A stretch of 64,000 nt of DNA. Source: a virus. Within the stretch, counting starts at the first letter, position 1. Each line of letters begins with the position of its first letter. Position numbers and translations under genes: made by a program. Under the pieces are notes generated by a model that saw only the letters and a list, made by a program, of their open reading frames with translations, did no database searches and was not told the origin of the DNA. Below are positions 58,623-64,000 of this stretch, piece by piece. The stretch lies in IMG/VR virus record IMGVR_UViG_3300027902_000006, positions 64,001 through 128,000 of that record; one strand, 5' to 3'.

Positions 58623-58825
58623 TTCCAGCAGAGTGGCTTAAAGTGGCCATTCATTTTGTGGCGCAAGTTGGGTTTTCCTTCACAACTTAGATCTACGATG
58701 AGCGTGGGGAGACCTGAATCTTCAACAATCTGGGTGCTGGAGATTTGATACTTTCCAGTATAAAGTTTAAGAAACTCACTATTTGTTATTTCAACCCACA
58801 TAAATCCCCCTTTTATTTTATCGAG

Positions 58826-59344
58826 TTATTGCCGTTTTCCAAGTCTTTTCTTTATAGTTATAGTCTGTTTCCTAACGAGCATATGACCATTCCAGGTCAT
58901 CTGTGCGAAGGAACGAGGGAAGGCGTGTTTGAACAATTGTACGGAGAATCTACAGGCTTTGAGTTCAGACGACCCGAAGAGATGATGTCCGAGTTCATGA
59001 AGTCCTGTAATTATAGAAATGGGTAGCCTCAGTAAAATCATCCCTCCTTTTTTACCGGGAATGTGTTGGGAACTCCCAGGAGCGTTTGTCACTCCGACGG
59101 CTAACTTGGGTCCCCCATATAACTCATTCAGTTGGGCTAACAAAATTACGAGAAGATTTGCCTTCTCCAGTTCATTCTTCTTCGCCCAGTTCTTAAAATA
59201 GCGATTCTTCCATCTGACTACGACATCGAGTGCCTCTGGATGGAACTCAAAGTCTTTCGCCATGATTTCTTTAGGAGTTGGATACGGATTACAACCGATA
59301 AGCCGAGTGAGAGAACGGAGAAAATCATTCAAGGAATGGCTCAT
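58826..59344 (-). CDS. HExxH zincin-like protein with ITIKKR tail
   Basis: GLHELGHH...E. Confidence 0.5.
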   Translation of the reverse strand: MSHSLNDFLRSLTRLIGCNPYPTPKEIMAKDFEFHPEALDVVVRWKNRYFKNWAKKNELEKANLLVILLAQLNELYGGPKLAVGVTNAPGSSQHIPGKKGGMILLRLPISIITGLHELGHHLFGSSELKACRFSVQLFKHAFPRSFAQMTWNGHMLVRKQTITIKKRLGKRQ

Positions 59345-59586
59345 TACAGTTCCTCCTTTTGTATTTTTCTAGTGCAGGTAATTTTCATGTTCGTCGGAGG
59401 CAGGTTCACAGTTATTCTTCCCTGTTTGATAAAAGTTACTAGGGTTCTTAGCGAGTATTCGAATTTGTTCAGCGTGTCGTTGTCCAATAGTGTACCTATC
59501 TCCTCATTTATTGTACATATTGTGAAGATTTTTTTAGTTGATTTTTCGTGTATTTCCATGCCTGGTCTGAAGTCTTTGAGCCTCAT
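59344..59586 (-). CDS. small beta protein with MKITCTRK tail
   Basis: ORF, motif. Confidence 0.5.
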   Translation of the reverse strand: MRLKDFRPGMEIHEKSTKKIFTICTINEEIGTLLDNDTLNKFEYSLRTLVTFIKQGRITVNLPPTNMKITCTRKIQKEEL

Positions 59587-59744
59587 CTTTTAGTTCTCGT
59601 TTTCAGTGATGAAGTTGATGTTAACTTTATAACTTCTCCTCACCTCTTCTAGGAAAAGGTACTCGGAAAGCAAAGTGGGTTTTTGACTTAGAGTTGTTGG
59701 TGATAGAGAAAGAAGCAGTTTTTCCAGTGCTTGTTCTTTAGTTA

Positions 59745-59975
59745 TCATAGAGTCCTCTCTTTTCGTTTCACGGTGATTTTAATGGGAGAACGCGCTATTA
59801 ATGTATTAGCACGAAGATATCTGTTCATGTCTTTGAACGTTACGGTGAAGACTGAGACGGGAGAATCTTCCTTATCTGTTTTTAAAGTTAGGACAGTGTT
59901 TAGAGGGTCTACAGTAGTTACTGTATAGAGTATCGCCTTATCTTTACTCGTGAATTGTTGGCCTATATAGAACAT
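59745..59975 (-). CDS. small beta protein with PIKITVKRK tail
   Basis: GAGGT SD, motif. Confidence 0.55.
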   Translation of the reverse strand: MFYIGQQFTSKDKAILYTVTTVDPLNTVLTLKTDKEDSPVSVFTVTFKDMNRYLRANTLIARSPIKITVKRKERTL

Positions 59976-59986
59976 TAAATTTTACC

Positions 59987-60232
59987 TCACTTTCTTCTCA
60001 TGGTGATTTTCACTTCTTCAGTGGGTAGGACCATTAGAATTCTGGTCCGAAGATGACTTCTGAGTACAAACTTAGAAAGTCTCGTTTCTTGTCGTGGTGA
60101 TGGATAATAACATTTTAAAGTGACCCATTTCTCGGAGACTGCTGTGACTAAAAACTTAAAAATTAATCTGTCTCCAGAAAAAACACATTGTCCGAGACGT
60201 TGGCCTACAAAGAATTCTTTCTTAGTTTCCAT
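59987..60232 (-). CDS. small beta protein with VKITMRRK tail
   Basis: ORF, motif at extreme C-terminus. Confidence 0.55.
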   Translation of the reverse strand: METKKEFFVGQRLGQCVFSGDRLIFKFLVTAVSEKWVTLKCYYPSPRQETRLSKFVLRSHLRTRILMVLPTEEVKITMRRK

Positions 60233-60258
60233 ATATCGTCATTCCATTTGTCGAGATT

Positions 60259-60292
60259 AACTCACCGCCTCCATAGGCGAAGGCGGTGAGTT
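60259..60292. terminator. intergenic hairpin after the amidoligase operon
   Basis: AACTCACCGCCT-10 nt-AGGCGGTGAGTT. Confidence 0.6.
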
Positions 60293-60339
60293 TTACTGGT
60301 TGAGCTGATTGAGGATAGATCACGGGTCTCCTACTGGAG

Positions 60340-61251
60340 TTAGCAAAGCATCCCGTGCGTGGTTGGCGCGGTAGTTTCATCTTTCGTTTCCGTTGTTTCG
60401 CTTTCTTCGGGTATCAGCAGATACTTGCGATGGAGAACGCACCAATGATTATTCCCTACTACAGAACTGGGATAGTAGGCATAGCGCGCACAGGTGGCGC
60501 AGTTGACGGCCTCTAGTGTGCAATCTAGCAGGAGCTTACCCATTTCGGGGGTCAGGCGTTCCGTCTTGGGGGGGTCGATATAGGTCTGGGTCTTCACGTC
60601 CCAGACACGACCACGGCCCCAGTTATTGGTTTGGTAACGCACCACCTTCTCTTGGAAAGAGGAGTTACTGTAGATATTACCATCTTGCCCTTTGATGAAA
60701 TTGCCAATCAGGATTAAGTTTCCAACCGGAGTCAGGATGGCAAATTTGTTGGAGGCTTTCAGGCTGAAAGTGAAGAATTTGACGAACGGCTCATGATCGA
60801 GCATGTTGAGGATGGACTCGTCAGCCAAGTACTCTCTGACGAAGGCTAGGGTATCACTGTCGGTCTTGCTATTCCACTCAGTGACCCCCGTGATCGTTCC
60901 ATTATGGGCCAATCCCCACCCGTATTCCCAGTTTAACAGTCGAAGAGAGGTGTCATTTGCCGTGATGGGGAAAGGGTGGGTTAACGGAGCTTGCACTCCG
61001 CCATGCGTCGCGATTCGGCAGTGAATAACGACGCCTCGCTTGGCATTGACGGCTTCATCAGTTACAAACCCTTTTCTTTCGAGTCCCATCCATAAATGTT
61101 GGAAGGACATATAGCCCTTGTCTCCGACGACGATTTCGCGCTCCTTGTCATACCACATGAAGCCCGCTCCGTCGTCATTATTAGTAAAACAATTCTCCAA
61201 AGTTTTCTTTGTCAGTGTGTTACCTTCAGGCTTGACGATAATGATGCACAT
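60340..61251 (-). CDS. class II glutamine amidotransferase (Ntn hydrolase)
   Basis: N-terminal MCII, N.DGAG, HCRIATHG, HPF, HNG, SDT. Confidence 0.85.
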   Translation of the reverse strand: MCIIIVKPEGNTLTKKTLENCFTNNDDGAGFMWYDKEREIVVGDKGYMSFQHLWMGLERKGFVTDEAVNAKRGVVIHCRIATHGGVQAPLTHPFPITANDTSLRLLNWEYGWGLAHNGTITGVTEWNSKTDSDTLAFVREYLADESILNMLDHEPFVKFFTFSLKASNKFAILTPVGNLILIGNFIKGQDGNIYSNSSFQEKVVRYQTNNWGRGRVWDVKTQTYIDPPKTERLTPEMGKLLLDCTLEAVNCATCARYAYYPSSVVGNNHWCVLHRKYLLIPEESETTETKDETTAPTTHGMLC

Positions 61252-61254
61252 AAC

Positions 61255-63180
61255 TTATACCTCCTTCCAGTCTCTGGGGTCGATAGTGGAAATCCACTGT
61301 TCATGGCCGATATTGACCTTGGTGAGAAAATCGAGTAACTCTCTCACGAAGGGAAGTTTATTATACTTGTAGAGATAGTCCGTGAAGCGGCCCCACAGGT
61401 AACTTTCTTGACATGTGGCGCAATCTCTGAGACGGGAATCCATACAGGATTTACAGTCCGCGCGGCTATCAATTTCGTTGATGAGAAGTCCTTTACTGAA
61501 TTCAACGAAATGATGGGTGAAGGCCAAGTATGCCTTAATAGTTGGAGTGTGAAGAGTTCCTTTAAAAATTCTGAACTCGAATGTGTTGGGATTGGAGCCG
61601 AAGTTTATGCATTGATACCGATGTCTGAGATGGGAACGATCTTTCATGACCATCGTATGCGCTTGGGCTTTGATTCTTCGTTCTCCGGGACGTTTAGTCC
61701 CCGGACGACTCAGCCGATTGTCGAATACGTCCCAATTTGCGAACCGATCGTTGCGTCTTTGGGCTACTGTGATGAGTCTGGATTTCCAGAGCTTCAGCAG
61801 CATACAGAGCTTAATCTCATCGGTTCTCTGTAAATCACTCTTACTCCTATGGAAATGGATTCCACAGGTTCCTGGGTCCCACGCCTTGGCTCCTTCCTTT
61901 TTCGTTAAATTGATGACGTCTTCGACTTTGTCCCATGATTCTACCCAAGAATCAATGGAGCGTGGATGGAAAACGAGTTCAAATCCGTTCTCCAAACTTC
62001 CATCTCTCTTGATATAGAAGAAGGTTTCGTTCTCAGAGAGTGTATGGATTTTCTGAGAGTGCCGAGGAGCTTCCTTCGGGAAGTGGTCGACTTCTAGTTC
62101 CATCCCATAGAAGGGGGGGTCACCCGAGAGGACGAACCTTCTCGGCTTGTAATCGTGCCGGTGGATCTTACTATGGAATTGTTGGGCACAGCGATTGCAG
62201 AGAGTGAGTTGCGGCTCTCCTGTGTCTGGATGTGGAATAATCTCCATGCCGAATAGCGACTCACTTCTTCCACAGTGATCACACGGCCTCATACTGTTTT
62301 CATAACAGCGTTGACAAATGGTTCTCCCTGGAAATGTGAGTAGTTCAAATTGGGACCGACGCGCTCCACATTCGGAGCAAGGGACCAAAGAACTGGTAAA
62401 ACAAGATTGACAGATGCGGACCTCGGGTCCGGGCATTGGTGTCCTGCGAGGACCGCCAGAAAGAGAACCACCCGCAAAATGGGGGATAGGCACAGGTTCC
62501 GGCTCGTCCCCTGTGGAGAACCCCCTTCCCCTAATAGGTATACTGGGATTATTGTAGCGGATTTTTTGCGTATTCACTTTTGGGTGGACCTCGCCACAGA
62601 CAACACAGTCCACATATTTTTTGGTGCATTCATTGGAACAGAAGTGCTTTCGGGCAGGTCCCTCTCCTGCGAAGGAGGACCAGACACGGCTCCAAGGATA
62701 CTGGTTTCTACAGTGATGACATTCCTCCCAAGAGAGACTCAGAGCCATCGCTTTCTGGGTAGAACCATCTCCACTCAGAAAGGGTCCCAACAGGTGGGCT
62801 AGCACTCCTCGTGGGAGTTTGTCGTGAGCGCCGATTAAGATAAGGTCCGTAATGTTTCTGGAGGCAAAGAAATTCAGAGCCATACTGACCTGATCTTTGT
62901 TTAAATCGACGGCTGAAACATCCTCATGTGAGAATTCCCGCTTGTGGATAATCAATCTTGGGAGAGTTCTGACGACCTCACCTCTCTCTCCTTCCTCTAC
63001 TTTGACTTCATAAAGGTCGGAGATTTTTAATTGTAATGGGGCAAGGTAGCCTTGTTCAAGCACGGAGTTAAGTTTTTCCAAGCACGCAGGACAGAGGACG
63101 ATATTATCTTCCCCATGTCCTCTAAAGAATCGAGAACATGTGTCACAGGCACCTTGGGTTTTTACCGTCGGCGATGCCAT
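61255..63180 (-). CDS. amidoligase (COOH-NH2 ligase) with N-terminal Zn-ribbon repeats
   Basis: GMELEV, K.DGSL..GFE, TCGIHFH, RY..IN, TFEFRIFKGTL; many CxxC upstream. Confidence 0.8.
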   Translation of the reverse strand: MASPTVKTQGACDTCSRFFRGHGEDNIVLCPACLEKLNSVLEQGYLAPLQLKISDLYEVKVEEGERGEVVRTLPRLIIHKREFSHEDVSAVDLNKDQVSMALNFFASRNITDLILIGAHDKLPRGVLAHLLGPFLSGDGSTQKAMALSLSWEECHHCRNQYPWSRVWSSFAGEGPARKHFCSNECTKKYVDCVVCGEVHPKVNTQKIRYNNPSIPIRGRGFSTGDEPEPVPIPHFAGGSLSGGPRRTPMPGPEVRICQSCFTSSLVPCSECGARRSQFELLTFPGRTICQRCYENSMRPCDHCGRSESLFGMEIIPHPDTGEPQLTLCNRCAQQFHSKIHRHDYKPRRFVLSGDPPFYGMELEVDHFPKEAPRHSQKIHTLSENETFFYIKRDGSLENGFELVFHPRSIDSWVESWDKVEDVINLTKKEGAKAWDPGTCGIHFHRSKSDLQRTDEIKLCMLLKLWKSRLITVAQRRNDRFANWDVFDNRLSRPGTKRPGERRIKAQAHTMVMKDRSHLRHRYQCINFGSNPNTFEFRIFKGTLHTPTIKAYLAFTHHFVEFSKGLLINEIDSRADCKSCMDSRLRDCATCQESYLWGRFTDYLYKYNKLPFVRELLDFLTKVNIGHEQWISTIDPRDWKEV

Positions 63181-64000
63181 TGTTCCTCCAAGTTTTCTAT
63201 GAATGTTTGAAGCGCTGGAATATACTGAGCGGCGTCGTATTTATAGGAACGCCATACCTTACAGATTGCCCGACCCTTACGATATCTGAAATGATCACAG
63301 AGGACGCAGTTTTCAGATTCATGACAACTAGGAAGAAGTCTGATTTTTGGTACAACAACGTCCACTCCATACTTCTTGATAGCGTCAACTATCGCGTTGG
63401 TCGGGAGGTGTAAATGGATAGGAACCGTGGCGGGTGGTAGTGCTCGCTGATATGTTCTTGCAGGAACACTTCTCGTTACGCGACATTGGGTCCTATGGTT
63501 GAGATTTGAGAACGCTAGGCCGTCTTCTTCCTTGAAATCACCTAGCCAGTAGATTAGTTCTCCTGTCATGATGAGAAACTTAGAGGTATAGAATGAGATG
63601 TTAGGAAGAGCGGCCTCGACTCTCTGTTTGAGGTCAACTGCAGTGATGCCATCTTCATAAACATGATGGAAGACTGTACTGACAATTTCTTGGGTATCAG
63701 ACCAGTCGATCCCACCCATTGTTCCGATCACACCATTGTGCATGACTGCTACTTTGGCCGTGGAACTGAGCCTCTCTTGTAACTTATACGAACGCGTAAT
63801 GGGAAAAGGATGAGTTCGTCCTGGATGGATACCTCCCGATGTCGCAATTCGGAAGTGAAACGCGATATCGGGTTCTTTTGGTACTACGCCATCGACAAGG
63901 AATCCTTGATCTTTTAAGAAGGTTACTAAGCTATCAAAGGTCATGAATCCCTTACGAATCGAAACTTCTCCTTCTTCCCGCCACATGAGTCCGGCTCCGT
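63162..64000 (-). CDS. second class II glutamine amidotransferase (5' end outside window)
   Basis: GAGLMW at window edge, HFRIATSG, THPF, MHNG, SDT. Confidence 0.8.
   Translation of the reverse strand, partial: GAGLMWREEGEVSIRKGFMTFDSLVTFLKDQGFLVDGVVPKEPDIAFHFRIATSGGIHPGRTHPFPITRSYKLQERLSSTAKVAVMHNGVIGTMGGIDWSDTQEIVSTVFHHVYEDGITAVDLKQRVEAALPNISFYTSKFLIMTGELIYWLGDFKEEDGLAFSNLNHRTQCRVTRSVPARTYQRALPPATVPIHLHLPTNAIVDAIKKYGVDVVVPKIRLLPSCHESENCVLCDHFRYRKGRAICKVWRSYKYDAAQYIPALQTFIENLEEQWHRRR

Noticed and set aside
32136-60013. KIT.RRK motif as a DNA repeat, att site or CRISPR-like array
   Set aside because: Irregular spacing and synonymous codon variation; SD overlap explains only the RR codons in some copies
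1-64000. Plus-strand ORFs in the track (e.g. 18075-18788, 61408-61833, 62350-62802)
   Set aside because: They lie antisense to well-supported minus-strand genes and show no recognisable motifs; treated as shadow ORFs
1-64000. Genome-wide TAG recoding suggested by the CUA tRNA
   Set aside because: Conserved genes are full length in code 11 and several end at TAG at the expected C-terminus

Overview
A 64-kb segment of a large dsDNA tailed-phage genome, densely coding almost entirely on the minus strand in the standard code, with no structural or packaging genes in view. An outer-membrane beta-barrel gene suggests a Gram-negative host. From high to low coordinates it carries: an amidoligase flanked by two class-II glutamine amidotransferases; many small early-type ORFs; replication genes (SNF2 helicase, primase, DnaB-like helicase, clamp loader, beta-clamp, UDG-fused family A polymerase, UvsY-like, gp32-like SSB, RecA-like); a 7-deazaguanine DNA-modification cluster (queD/E/C, folE, queF, dpdA); three DNA methyltransferases and a Mom-family adenine modifier; nucleotide metabolism (class II RNR, dCMP deaminase, ThyX); a tRNA and translation-rescue cluster; split SbcC with SbcD; an endolysin with an HNH insertion; and NDP-heptose/sugar genes. 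The most unusual observations are: (1) a tRNA-Gly-like cloverleaf inside the 5' coding region of the mom-like gene, with two free tRNA-Gly genes carrying the weak-EF-Tu A51-U63 pair; (2) a portable motif P-[IV]-K-I-T-[MQV]-R-R-K in about 16 otherwise diverse proteins, mostly at the C-terminus; (3) a complete tRNA-Thr embedded in frame within nrdJ; (4) an amber (CUA) suppressor tRNA beside a GGQ release-factor-like gene and a Pth2-like gene; and (5) a stranded duplicate endolysin N-terminus upstream of the HNH gene. All functional calls come from motif recognition by eye; no database search was run.
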